A DNA stretch of 59,871 nucleotides from a bacterium. GTDB lineage: Bacteria; SZUA-182; DTGQ01; JAFGSM01. The stretch covers positions 1 to 59,871 of the forward strand of contig JBLIRN010000018.1 in NCBI GenBank assembly GCA_049472315.1, in the 5' to 3' direction. A model generated the notes under the pieces. It worked only from the letters and a program-made list of their open reading frames with translations, made no database searches and was not told the origin of the DNA. Each line of letters opens with the position of its first letter. Within the stretch, counting starts at the first letter, position 1. The position numbers were made by a program, and so were the translations under genes. This document shows, one piece after another, positions 20,081 through 30,033 of this stretch.

Positions 20081-20907
20081 GCAGTACAGGAGCGGACCCG
20101 ATCGGGGTATTCGATTCGGGGCTGGGGGGCCTCACCGTGTTGAAGGAACTGATGAGGGTACTCCCCAACGAGCGGATCATCTACCTGGGTGATACCGCCC
20201 GGGTCCCTTACGGGAACAAATCCCCCCAAACGGTGACCAGATACTCGTTCGAGATAACGCGGTATCTCCTGCGCAGGGGCATCAAGCTGCTCATCATTGC
20301 CTGCAATACCGCTTCCGCTTACAGCATGGAGGCCATTCAGAATTCCTTCAGCGTTCCCTGCCTGGGTGTTATCAAGCCGGGGGCGCGGGCTGCGGTCCGG
20401 CACACCCGTTCCGGCAATGTCGCGGTCATCGGTACATCGGGCACGATCGCGAGCCGCGCCTATCCGACGGCCATTGCGGATCTGACGTCGGGGATCGTGA
20501 CCCACGAGACTGCCTGCCCGCTGTTCGTGTCGCTGGTGGAGGAGGGGTGGGTGGACAACGAGGTGACCGAGATGGTCGCCCGGATCTATCTGGGGCCTTT
20601 GTCAGGGAAGGGGATCGATACGATGATCCTGGGATGCACCCACTATCCTCTTCTCAAGGGGGTGATATCCCGGGTGATGGGGCAGGAGGTGCGGCTGGTC
20701 GATTCAGCGGAAGAGACCACCAGGGAGGCGAAGGCGGTGCTCGATGCCAAGGGGCTTCTGGCGCCCCCTGCTGCACGCGGGGGGTATCAGATCTATGTCA
20801 CTGACCTGCCCAGGCAGTTTACACAGGTGGCGACCCTCTTTCTCGGGGAGGAGCGGGTCCCTGTGGAGCAGGTGAACCTGGATGAATTTATGTATGATGT
20901 GCATTGA
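20077..20907 (+). CDS. murI: Glutamate racemase
   Basis: FDSGLGGLTV, ACNTAS, LGCTHYP. Confidence 0.98.
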   Translation: MSSTGADPIGVFDSGLGGLTVLKELMRVLPNERIIYLGDTARVPYGNKSPQTVTRYSFEITRYLLRRGIKLLIIACNTASAYSMEAIQNSFSVPCLGVIKPGARAAVRHTRSGNVAVIGTSGTIASRAYPTAIADLTSGIVTHETACPLFVSLVEEGWVDNEVTEMVARIYLGPLSGKGIDTMILGCTHYPLLKGVISRVMGQEVRLVDSAEETTREAKAVLDAKGLLAPPAARGGYQIYVTDLPRQFTQVATLFLGEERVPVEQVNLDEFMYDVH

Positions 20908-21066
20908 TCGCCGGCAGGCGATATCAGGGCCTGCCGGGAGTGTCGTGCTGCCCTGGTCGGTGCGTGGCCTTGGGAAAACGTATTCAAAAAAGACTGTTTT
21001 GGAGGAGCACCGCGGCATCATCACCCGGCGCCGCGTGATCCTCGATGCGGCATGAAAGGATAAACA

Positions 21067-21792
21067 ATGGTACGGAGGGATAACAGAAAGAAGGACGCCC
21101 TGCGTCCGGTCACCATCACCACCGGGGTGATGAAGTATGCCGAGGGTTCGGCCCTGATCGAGATGGGTGATACCAAGGTGATGTGCACCGCGAGTATCGA
21201 GGACAAGGTCCCGCAATTTTTGCTGGGCACGGGGCGGGGGTGGATCACCGCCGAATACGGCATGCTCCCCCGGTCCACCCTCAACCGGTCGGTCAGGGAT
21301 GCCGCCAGGGGAAAGGTCTCCGGCCGTAGCCATGAGATTCAACGATTGATCGGCAGGGCCTTGAGGTCCGTCGTGGACCTGCACGGCATGGGCGAGCGGA
21401 CCATCTGGATTGACTGTGACGTGATGCAGGCGGACGGCGGCACCAGGGCGGCATCCATCACCGCATCTTTCTGTGCGCTCTATGGCGCCATGAAGCGGCT
21501 GAAGGAGGCGGGGCTCATCCACGCCCTGCTCCTGAAGGATTACCTTGCAGCGGTGAGTGTCGGCATCGTCGCGGGGGTGTCCCTCCTCGATCTCGACTAC
21601 GAAGAGGATTCGCGGGCCGCCGTAGACATGAATCTGGTGCTTACCGGTCAGGGGCTGTTTGTGGAGATACAGGGAACAGCGGAGGAGGTCCCCTTCGAGG
21701 AATCGCAGTTGATGGGCCTGGTGAGTCTTGCGAAAAAGGGGATCGGTGAACTGATCTCCCTTCAAAAGGGGATCCTGGGACCGCTTTTTTGA
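21067..21792 (+). CDS. rph: Ribonuclease PH
   Basis: [33 protein letters not shown]. Confidence 0.98.
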   Translation: MVRRDNRKKDALRPVTITTGVMKYAEGSALIEMGDTKVMCTASIEDKVPQFLLGTGRGWITAEYGMLPRSTLNRSVRDAARGKVSGRSHEIQRLIGRALRSVVDLHGMGERTIWIDCDVMQADGGTRAASITASFCALYGAMKRLKEAGLIHALLLKDYLAAVSVGIVAGVSLLDLDYEEDSRAAVDMNLVLTGQGLFVEIQGTAEEVPFEESQLMGLVSLAKKGIGELISLQKGILGPLF

Positions 21793-21798
21793 TATACC

Positions 21799-22428
21799 AT
21801 GGACCTGACAATTGCTACCTACAATCGACACAAAGTACGAGAAATCGCCCAGATCCTCTCCGATTTTCCCCTCCGCATCACATCATTGTCCGACCTTCCC
21901 CGGCGGATCGCCATCGAGGAGACGGGGGCAACCTTTGCGGAGAATGCCGCGCACAAGGCGCTGACCGTGGCCTCCCTGGTGGAGGGCATCGTCCTTGCCG
22001 ATGATTCGGGGCTCGAGGTGGATGCCCTGGGCGGGGAACCGGGCGTCTTTTCGGCGCGGTATGCAGGGCCCAGGGCCACCGACCTTCAAAACAACAAAAA
22101 ACTGCTCGCCGCCCTTGAAGGGGTCCCCTGGGAACGGCGGGGGGCACGCTTTCGCTGTGTGGTCGCCCTGGTCGATGCACAAAGGCAGGTTCACTACGCC
22201 GAGGGGACCTGCGAGGGAATCATCGCCTTCGAACCTGTAGGGGAGCATGGCTTCGGCTACGATCCCCTCTTTTTCCTTCCGGAATATACCATGACCATGG
22301 CCCAGGTTTCCCCTGCGGTAAAGAACAGGATCAGCCACCGGGCACAGGCAATCAACAGGGCCAGGGATATCCTCGATCGGTTGTTACCTATTGGTGGAGT
22401 TGACTTTTCCCCTCCTTCAACGATATAA
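21799..22428 (+). CDS. rdgB: dITP/XTP pyrophosphatase
   Basis: ADDSGLEVDALGGEPGVFSARY, GFGYDP, KNRISHR. Confidence 0.97.
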   Translation: MDLTIATYNRHKVREIAQILSDFPLRITSLSDLPRRIAIEETGATFAENAAHKALTVASLVEGIVLADDSGLEVDALGGEPGVFSARYAGPRATDLQNNKKLLAALEGVPWERRGARFRCVVALVDAQRQVHYAEGTCEGIIAFEPVGEHGFGYDPLFFLPEYTMTMAQVSPAVKNRISHRAQAINRARDILDRLLPIGGVDFSPPSTI

Positions 22429-22429
22429 T
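22400..22429 (+). promoter_or_regulatory. sigma70-type promoter for tRNA-Pro, inside the rdgB 3' end
   Basis: TTGACT-N18-TATAAT, about 75 nt upstream of the tRNA. Confidence 0.55.
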
Positions 22430-22503
22430 CTCAAAGAGATATCTATGCTATTGGAGAATAGGTTGGAAAGGAGTATCCTTCCATCACGCTGACCATCGTT
22501 TAT

Positions 22504-22577
22504 CGGGGCGTGGCGCAGCCTGGTAGCGCATCGGTTTTGGGAACCGAGGGTCGGAGGTTCAAATCCTCTCGCCCCGA
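22504..22577 (+). tRNA. tRNA-Pro(TGG), CCA not encoded
   Basis: Acceptor CGGGGCG/CGCCCCG, D arm GCGCAGCCTGGTAGCGC, anticodon arm TCGGT-TTTGGGA-ACCGA, T loop GGTTCAAATCC. Confidence 0.97.
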
Positions 22578-22637
22578 TCTTGTTGTCCGTTGCCTGTTTT
22601 ATAGCACACGGCACGTAACATGCATCGAAGGAGCATT

Positions 22638-24797
22638 ATGTCTGAAGATCTAAAAAACGCCCCCCCCTTTCTTACCACGTCCACCTCCGGCCCCCCCTTT
22701 CGTGGCCGCTCCGTGCTCGTGGTCGACGATGACCGGCTTGCCCGGTCCTCCCTGCTGAGAAATCTCCAGAACGACAGCAGGGAAATGGGATATGCGGTCA
22801 AAGGAGCCGAAAACGGTGGCGAGGCGCTGGAGATGTTCAAGGATGAATCATTCGACCTGGTGCTCACCGACCTGCTGATGCCGGATATCGACGGCATCGA
22901 GCTGTTGAAGAAGATCAAGTCGCTTTCACCGAATACCGAGGTGGTCATCATCACCGGCTATGGCACCCTCAGCTCCGCCATCGACGCCATGCGTCACGGG
23001 GCCTACGACTATATTCTCAAGCCATGGTCCGAGGGAGAGCTGCGGCTCAGGATCCGCAAGGGACTCGAGAAGAGGGTCCTCGAGGAGCGGCTCAGGGAAT
23101 CGGAGGAGCGGTATCGCGACCTTTACGATCATGCCCCTGATATGTATCTCACCATCGACGATGCCGGTATCATCCGTGACGGCAACCTTGCCCTGCTGCA
23201 GACCCTGGGGTATGGGTCCTCGGAAATCATCAATCGCCCCTTTTGGGATTTCCTGGGTGAAGAGTCGATTCCGACGGCCCAGAAGGCCCTGGTGATGCTT
23301 GCTGACGGTGCTGAACGGATCGAGGGGCTGGACCTTCGGCTCATCACAAAAGAGGGTGCATCGAGGGATACCATTATGAATGCCAACCTGGTGAAGGTCC
23401 CTGATCAGGATGTCTTCCTGATCCGCACCCTTCTCAGGGACATTACCGAACGGAAGGCGTTGGAAAAGGAGATCAGCGATCAGAAGGACCTCCTCGACAG
23501 CATCGTGACCAACATGAGCGACGGGCTGCTTCTGGTGGATAAGGACTATCGTATACACTTCATGAATCGCAGCCTCATTCAGATCTTCGGCGACCATACC
23601 GGCGAGATTTGCCATCAGGTGTTTTCCAGCGCCGAGGGCCCCTGTGACTTTTGTCCCATGGAGATGATCCTCAAGAATCGCAGGCCCGGAGCGAATTTTA
23701 TCACCAGAAATTGCAAGGGCCGTACGCTGGAGATATCCGCCTCCGTCTTAAGAAGGAAAGGTGAGGACCTGCGGGTCCTCGAGGTAATCCGGGACATCAC
23801 CGAACGCAAGCGCCTCGAGGAGCATCTGAAGGAGTCCGAGACCAAGAGGATCAAAGAGCTCAAGGAACGATATGAATTCGGAAACATCATCGGCAAGAGC
23901 CATAAGATGCAGGAGATCTATGAATTGATCGAGGTGGTGGCGCAGGGTACCAGCACCGTCCTATTGCAGGGAGAGAGCGGCACCGGCAAGGAGCTCATTG
24001 CACGGGCCATACACTACAACAGCCCCCGCCACAACAAACCCTTTATCGAGGTCACCTGCTCCGCCCTTTCCGAGCACCTGCTGGAAAGCGAGCTCTTTGG
24101 ACATGTCCGGGGTTCCTTCACCGGTGCAATCCGTGACAAGACCGGACGGTTCGAGCTGGCGGATGGCGGGACGATCTTCCTGGACGAGGTCGGGGAACTC
24201 AGTCCTGCAACCCAGGTAAAGCTTTTGAGGGTCCTTCAGGAACATACCTTTGAGAAGGTAGGAGGGGAGAGCACCATCCATGTGGATGTTCGTGTCGTTG
24301 CCGCCACCAACAAAGAGCTTCGCAGGGCCGTGGAGGAAAAGGAATTCCGTGACGACCTCTATTACCGTCTCAATGTCGTGCCCATATATATCCCTCCCCT
24401 TCGTGACAGGAAGGAGGATATCCCCCTTTTGGTGGATCATTTCATTGTGAAATTCGGCAAACGGATGGGAAAGGAGATCAAGGGGATATCCCCCGAGGCG
24501 CTGGATCTCCTCATGGAATATGACTGGCCCGGTAACGTGAGGGAGCTGGAAAACGCCATAGAGCATGGTTTTGTCCGCGCATTGACCGAGATTATCCAGC
24601 CTGCGAACCTGCCCCGGGACATCAGGGAGCAGCAGCCCCTCTACTATCAGGAGGATCGGCAGGATTACGAAAAGAAGATCCAGTTGCTCCAGGTCCTCGA
24701 GCGGCACAACTGGCACCTGGGGCATGCCGCCGATGAACTGGGGATCAATCGCTCCACCCTATGGAGGAGGATGAAGAAGTATAAGATAAAAAAGTAA
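22638..24797 (+). CDS. sigma54-dependent enhancer-binding protein, REC-PAS-PAS-AAA+-HTH
   Basis: REC (VVDDD, LTDLLMP, KP), two PAS domains ending RDITERK, GESGTGKE, ESELFGH..GSFTGA, WPGNVREL, Fis HTH. Confidence 0.95.
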   Translation: MSEDLKNAPPFLTTSTSGPPFRGRSVLVVDDDRLARSSLLRNLQNDSREMGYAVKGAENGGEALEMFKDESFDLVLTDLLMPDIDGIELLKKIKSLSPNTEVVIITGYGTLSSAIDAMRHGAYDYILKPWSEGELRLRIRKGLEKRVLEERLRESEERYRDLYDHAPDMYLTIDDAGIIRDGNLALLQTLGYGSSEIINRPFWDFLGEESIPTAQKALVMLADGAERIEGLDLRLITKEGASRDTIMNANLVKVPDQDVFLIRTLLRDITERKALEKEISDQKDLLDSIVTNMSDGLLLVDKDYRIHFMNRSLIQIFGDHTGEICHQVFSSAEGPCDFCPMEMILKNRRPGANFITRNCKGRTLEISASVLRRKGEDLRVLEVIRDITERKRLEEHLKESETKRIKELKERYEFGNIIGKSHKMQEIYELIEVVAQGTSTVLLQGESGTGKELIARAIHYNSPRHNKPFIEVTCSALSEHLLESELFGHVRGSFTGAIRDKTGRFELADGGTIFLDEVGELSPATQVKLLRVLQEHTFEKVGGESTIHVDVRVVAATNKELRRAVEEKEFRDDLYYRLNVVPIYIPPLRDRKEDIPLLVDHFIVKFGKRMGKEIKGISPEALDLLMEYDWPGNVRELENAIEHGFVRALTEIIQPANLPRDIREQQPLYYQEDRQDYEKKIQLLQVLERHNWHLGHAADELGINRSTLWRRMKKYKIKK

Positions 24798-24903
24798 TCA
24801 GCGTTTGTGCAAAAAGATGTCTTTATGCATATTTTTTCATAGAGTGGATGAAAATTAATACGTTGTTTTTCAATATGTTATTTTCTTTTATGCGCCGGAT
24901 ACC

Positions 24904-24919
24904 TGGTATCCATATTGCA
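24904..24919 (+). promoter_or_regulatory. sigma54 -24/-12 promoter
   Basis: TGGTATCCATATTGCA with exact GG-N10-GC spacing; IHF-like TTTCAATATGTTA about 25 nt upstream; directly downstream of a bEBP gene. Confidence 0.75.
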
Positions 24920-25054
24920 TTAAACGATGTATTCTGAAAGGGTAACGGCGGATATCAAGAAAGGGGAGGATTAACAATACGGATGTTTCGTCTACAGGAC
25001 ATTTCCTCATCGAGAGATATTGTTTTTTCAATTCACTACCTAAGGGGTGTATTT

Positions 25055-28000
25055 ATGCGGACATTAAGTAAAAAAACGGTCTTTTTTTTGGTCGTGGCAG
25101 CCTTTGTTGCCCTCTCCCCAATCATCGCACGGGGGGATACGACTGAAATAACCTTGACAGGGACGGTGTTCAATCAAAGTAATGTTAAACTAAAAAATGT
25201 ATACATCTTCCTGTATGAATGGGAGTCGGTCAAGGCAAACGGCATGGGGATGGTACCGTATGTGGGGATAACCGGCAACGACATACTGACGGGGTCTGGA
25301 GCTACGGGTCCGCTGGGCACGTTCAATGTAGAGCTCGACCTGGACCTCAGCAGGGAGTATCTGCTGATCTTTTCCACCCGCGCGTACGCTTCGGGGTGGT
25401 CGTCATCAGGGGGGTTTTACCCAACCTTTTTCTATGGTTATAAAGACGCTGATCCCGCAACTGGATTGAGAGCAGATCCCACGCTGGATTATACCAAGGC
25501 CCCCAGGATTAAGTTCACCGGAAATAAAAATTTCGGCGATATCGTCGCTCCCAACGGCAACTACATACGGGGATGCATAAAAAACACAAGCGGAAGCCCC
25601 CTTACAGGAGTGAGGATAGAGCTTTTCATGGATGATGACGGTACGCCCGTGCCGGTGCCCTATCCCTTCTACCGGTTTGATACAACGTTTTTTGAACAGA
25701 ATCAAACCATTAACTTCAGATTGGGCGGTATCCAGAATGGCGGCAAGTACTATGTCAAGGCCATCGGGTACGACATAAATCAGAGTGAATATGGCTATAT
25801 CGATGACTTTTACCGGGAATCAAACGGCAAGCCGAAGCTTTATACATTTAGTACTGTGGCTGAGAACAGGATTATCGGCGATCTGAGCCTCACCCAGGGG
25901 GGGAAGATCTATGGATACATCAACGACTACGAGGGTAGCCATGCCCTCAACTCCATCATCGCCATTCAGGCGGTATCCTACAAGGACCAGCAGGAGCAAT
26001 TCCGGCAAAGCTACGTGCATGATCCCAACTATGATCTCTATTTCGACAACGACCTGCTTGCCAGGATAACAAAATGGGACCGGTACTACAGCCGGTATGT
26101 CACCTCAATCGGTCTGGAATACTTCGACTACGATACAAGCGGCTATTTTGAGCTCAAGGGGCTCCCCTTCGACGACCACGAATACTACCTCATTGCCACA
26201 GAGTTCCCGAGCGGGGCGCCGAAGAAATTTGCCACCCCTGTTTTTTACGACGGAAACGACGGTGTATTCAACATCAACGATGCACAGTCAGTCGAGCTTC
26301 CGGGTTCGGGCACCAAGGTGCGGAAAGACATCATCCTGCAGGAGGGGGCATGCATCAACGGCGATGTATACCTGGATAGTGTGCCGAGTCCGGCGGCCAA
26401 GACCGCACTCGGTCTCACCGACCCGAATATCTTCGGCGACCTCAAACAAAACCTTCCCCTTTACATCGACGCCTACCGGGTGGAAAGGGATGGAACGATC
26501 CTGTGGCTTGGCCAGAATGTGCGAGAGGGAGAGGGAGATTTCACCCTGTGCGGGCTCACCCCCGGGGAGTTTATCATCAAGGCCTATGATTATCCGGGAA
26601 TCGGGCTGTATCCCGGTGAATTCTTCGATAATCAGCCCACCTACATTACGGCGACACGCTTTGATGTTGATATCGGCGACGAGATTTATATCGATACCAA
26701 TATCATCTTGAACCTGGGCGGAATGATCAAGGGGCGGGTTTTGGATGCGGGCGGTTCCCCCATAGCGAATACCCGGGTGTTCGTCAATCAGATCAATGCC
26801 GGGAACCCGCTTGTCGGCTACTACTTCGTAAACAGCGAAGGTGCCGTCATGTCCCAGTTCCCCCTCTTCACCGACGACGAGGGCTGGTTCCTCGCGGCAG
26901 GGCTGCCTGCTGGGTACTACACCGTGTTCGTGAACGGTACCCTGGAGAATGAAGACACCGGATATATGCCCCAGTTCTATGATCCTGAATCAGGCGATAC
27001 CCTCCTGGCGAATCAGGCGGACCCCTTTCCGCTCCCGGGGAACGATCCCAATGTGCGGCTTCTTGAACCGATGCAGCTCAAACAGAGCGGTGTTGAAACG
27101 GGAGGTATCGTCTCGGGAACCATCACGCTCGATTCCATCGTCTCCAGCCTGGTTACCGTGTCCGATACCGCCTTTTTCTTCCACCTGTACGAGGCCGACA
27201 CCGGACTGGAGATTTCAAATCCCCTGTATACGTTCAAAAACGCCGGCGACACCTCCATCTCCTACTCCATCATGGTGCCTTCGTTCGGCAATTATATCCT
27301 GTCGGTCCAGGATGCCGAACTGAAGCTTCTTCCCCATTACTACCGAAGCAGCTCAACCACGGTCAATCCTACTGAGGCGCAATCCCTGCCGGTGACCCAG
27401 GCCCAGCCGTTCCTGACGGCCAAGCATTTTCTCCTGAGCAAAAAGACAGGGGAGATATCCGGGCAGGTACTGGAGAACGGGACGGGCGTAGAGAATATCG
27501 AGGTTTACGCACGCCAGGAGGTGCTGGAAGGCCCGGAGAAGGGGGCCTGGAAGGTTCTTGCCAGTGCGGTGACGGATGAAAACGGCGACTTTACCCTGAA
27601 GGGGCTTTATGCGGGTACCTATATCTTTTCCATGTACGACACCGCTGTTCCCACTCGCTATCCCTCGATGTACCATCATCCTACCCTGGAGTTATACGTA
27701 CCGGAGGATGCCGATGATGCCTTTACATGGGAGTATGTACCCGGCGGTTCGACTCCCCCATCGATCCAGTTCAGCCTGAATCGGGGAGGAACCATCAAAG
27801 GCGAGATTAACAATGTGTCGCGTGCACAGGTGTATGCCTATCTCATGATCGATGACAAGCCTTCAATCGGCTATACCGCGATCGCTGATCCCAATTTCAC
27901 CCTCACCGGGCTAACCCCCGGTCCGTATGTGCTCACCTTCAGGGATCCCAATCTCGATTTTGTATCCATGTACTATACCCAGGCCGGGGTAACCATCAAT

Positions 28001-28993
28001 CCGGATCTGGTGGATCCGGAGGATCTCATCGTTCAGAAGGGGGCAACCATAGATGTGGGGAACCTCAGTTTCTATCAACCTTCCGCCAGGATCGAGGGCC
28101 ATGTGACCCATCCGGGTACTGATGCGCTGCTCTATCTTTTCCTTTACCGGATGACCGAAAAGAAGGATTTCTGGGCGAGCAAGCCGGAGCAGTTTTCGCA
28201 GATCGACGAGAACGGCAACTATATCCTGGATGGGCTTTCCAAGGGTGAATACAAGCTCATCGCCTTTGGACCAAATACGCGCCCCATTGCCAAGTCACTA
28301 ACCATCACCGATGATGACCTCGGCTACTCCACTGTGGTCGACATAACCTTTCCCGCAGGCTGGGTGAGTCAGAAGTACGAGATGGACATGGGGATCGAAA
28401 AGGGCATGAACCTGTCGGCCTATCCCACGCGTATTCCTCCCTATGTCTCCGGGTACACGTCCATGTCCTTTCTCAAGGACATCATCATCGTGAACAGCAG
28501 GTTGGCCATGAGCATACGGACCTTCTCCGCGGACGAACAGACATGGAAGGGCGCCTCATTCGGGGATATGCCCGTTGAGGGCTTTCAGATGACCGGCACC
28601 AGCGGGACCAACTTCTATCTCTATAATGGTCAGGGGTTCATGCTCTATGCGGAGAAGTCGTCATCCCTCCGGTTCCGGTACTTCCCCGGGCAGACCCCGC
28701 TCAGGCTCTTGAAGGGAATGAACCTGGTCGGTAATGTGCCGTTTAATCTCGACCTTGCCGACGTGGATGATCCCGATTTTATTGATGTCTCTTCTTATTC
28801 GACCAGAAGGATGCTCTCCGACCTGGGCGAGGATGCCGTTTCCATACGGACCTTCGACGCGCGTGCAGGAAGGTGGCAATCCACCTATAGGATGTGGGGT
28901 CGATCCTCCGGACGAGATGTGCCGGTTGATGAGGAGCGCGGTTACCTGGTCACCGTGAAGGAGGACATCATCAACTGGTATCCCAAAAAATAA
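25055..28993 (+). CDS. Large secreted or surface protein (1312 aa) with tandem carboxypeptidase-regulatory-like beta-sandwich modules and a duplicated C-terminal domain
   Basis: Sec signal MRTLSKK...IARG; about 8 modules with GGxIxG starts and YxxxFY/YY motifs; two GMNL...SIRTF...W...G(F/Y) units at the C-terminus; alternative start at 24983. Confidence 0.85.
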   Translation: MRTLSKKTVFFLVVAAFVALSPIIARGDTTEITLTGTVFNQSNVKLKNVYIFLYEWESVKANGMGMVPYVGITGNDILTGSGATGPLGTFNVELDLDLSREYLLIFSTRAYASGWSSSGGFYPTFFYGYKDADPATGLRADPTLDYTKAPRIKFTGNKNFGDIVAPNGNYIRGCIKNTSGSPLTGVRIELFMDDDGTPVPVPYPFYRFDTTFFEQNQTINFRLGGIQNGGKYYVKAIGYDINQSEYGYIDDFYRESNGKPKLYTFSTVAENRIIGDLSLTQGGKIYGYINDYEGSHALNSIIAIQAVSYKDQQEQFRQSYVHDPNYDLYFDNDLLARITKWDRYYSRYVTSIGLEYFDYDTSGYFELKGLPFDDHEYYLIATEFPSGAPKKFATPVFYDGNDGVFNINDAQSVELPGSGTKVRKDIILQEGACINGDVYLDSVPSPAAKTALGLTDPNIFGDLKQNLPLYIDAYRVERDGTILWLGQNVREGEGDFTLCGLTPGEFIIKAYDYPGIGLYPGEFFDNQPTYITATRFDVDIGDEIYIDTNIILNLGGMIKGRVLDAGGSPIANTRVFVNQINAGNPLVGYYFVNSEGAVMSQFPLFTDDEGWFLAAGLPAGYYTVFVNGTLENEDTGYMPQFYDPESGDTLLANQADPFPLPGNDPNVRLLEPMQLKQSGVETGGIVSGTITLDSIVSSLVTVSDTAFFFHLYEADTGLEISNPLYTFKNAGDTSISYSIMVPSFGNYILSVQDAELKLLPHYYRSSSTTVNPTEAQSLPVTQAQPFLTAKHFLLSKKTGEISGQVLENGTGVENIEVYARQEVLEGPEKGAWKVLASAVTDENGDFTLKGLYAGTYIFSMYDTAVPTRYPSMYHHPTLELYVPEDADDAFTWEYVPGGSTPPSIQFSLNRGGTIKGEINNVSRAQVYAYLMIDDKPSIGYTAIADPNFTLTGLTPGPYVLTFRDPNLDFVSMYYTQAGVTINPDLVDPEDLIVQKGATIDVGNLSFYQPSARIEGHVTHPGTDALLYLFLYRMTEKKDFWASKPEQFSQIDENGNYILDGLSKGEYKLIAFGPNTRPIAKSLTITDDDLGYSTVVDITFPAGWVSQKYEMDMGIEKGMNLSAYPTRIPPYVSGYTSMSFLKDIIIVNSRLAMSIRTFSADEQTWKGASFGDMPVEGFQMTGTSGTNFYLYNGQGFMLYAEKSSSLRFRYFPGQTPLRLLKGMNLVGNVPFNLDLADVDDPDFIDVSSYSTRRMLSDLGEDAVSIRTFDARAGRWQSTYRMWGRSSGRDVPVDEERGYLVTVKEDIINWYPKK

Positions 28994-29130
28994 AGACCCA
29001 TAACCCGAGGGGGACTGGTCGCATTCATATAGAGCGGAGACAGACGAGCGGGAAGGCTTTCAGGAAGAATGCCGGCACCTCACCGTCTGAGAGGATCGGG
29101 GATACCCGGATCCCTCCATGGCACATAAGC

Positions 29131-30027
29131 TTGGCTGCGGCATGCCTTTTTCTGCTTGTATTCACCGGGTGTAGGGGCGGGGACGGATTCAGCCCGCGGA
29201 ATGCCATGAAACACGTCACCACGCTGGTGGAGATGGGGCCTCACACCTCCGGGTCGGAAAACATCAAACGGGTGCAGACCTATATCACGGATACCCTCAC
29301 CCAGGCGGGCCTGTCCATTCGCGAAGACCGGTTCACCGCCGACACTCCCCTCGGCCCCCGCGACATGATGAATATCATCGCGGTCAGCCCGGGGCGCGTA
29401 ACGGATATCATCGCCATCGGCGCCCATTACGAGACGAAATTCTTCTCAGATTTCACCTTTGTGGGGGCCAACGACAACTGCTCCGGCACCGGACTTCTCC
29501 TCGAGCTCGCCCGGGTCATTGCATCGAGGGATTCCCTCCCCCTGGAATTCACCTACTGGTTCATCTTCTTCGACGGAGAGGAGTCCTTTCTCACCTGGAC
29601 CGAATCCGACTCCCTTTACGGGAGCAGGCATCTGGTGAATCTGCTCCGGGAAAGCGGGGAGATCTACAGGCTGAAGGCATTGATCCTCCTCGATATGATC
29701 GGGGATAAGGACCTTGCGCTTCCCAGGGATTCCCAGTCGACGGCATGGCTTTCGGGGATAATCTGGAATACGGCCAAGGACCTTGGCTACGAGACGATAT
29801 TCCTGAACAGGGAGATGCCGGTGGTGGATGACCATGTCCCCTTTCTACGGGCAGGGATCTCCTCCGTTGATATCATCGATTTCACCTTTGGGGGAGATGG
29901 ATCACCCGGCAGATACTGGCACACCCCGCATGATACCCTGGACAAGGTATCCCGCACAAGCCTGAGGATCGTGGGCGAGGTGGTGTTGGAGAGCCTGCCC
30001 CGGATTGAACGCTACCTGCATCAGTGA
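29131..30027 (+). CDS. M28-family lipoprotein, glutaminyl cyclase-like; start uncertain
   Basis: Lipobox-like VFTGC; GAHYETK, GANDNCSG, FFDGEE, LLDMIG, DDHVPF and YWHTPHDT motifs. Confidence 0.85.
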   Translation: MAAACLFLLVFTGCRGGDGFSPRNAMKHVTTLVEMGPHTSGSENIKRVQTYITDTLTQAGLSIREDRFTADTPLGPRDMMNIIAVSPGRVTDIIAIGAHYETKFFSDFTFVGANDNCSGTGLLLELARVIASRDSLPLEFTYWFIFFDGEESFLTWTESDSLYGSRHLVNLLRESGEIYRLKALILLDMIGDKDLALPRDSQSTAWLSGIIWNTAKDLGYETIFLNREMPVVDDHVPFLRAGISSVDIIDFTFGGDGSPGRYWHTPHDTLDKVSRTSLRIVGEVVLESLPRIERYLHQ

Positions 30028-30033
30028 AAATCT

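Noticed and set aside
22609..22624. sigma54-like CGGCACGTAACATGCA upstream of the activator gene
   Set aside because: Spacing is right, but it has two mismatches and the implied +1 (about 22635) would fall downstream of the gene's SD
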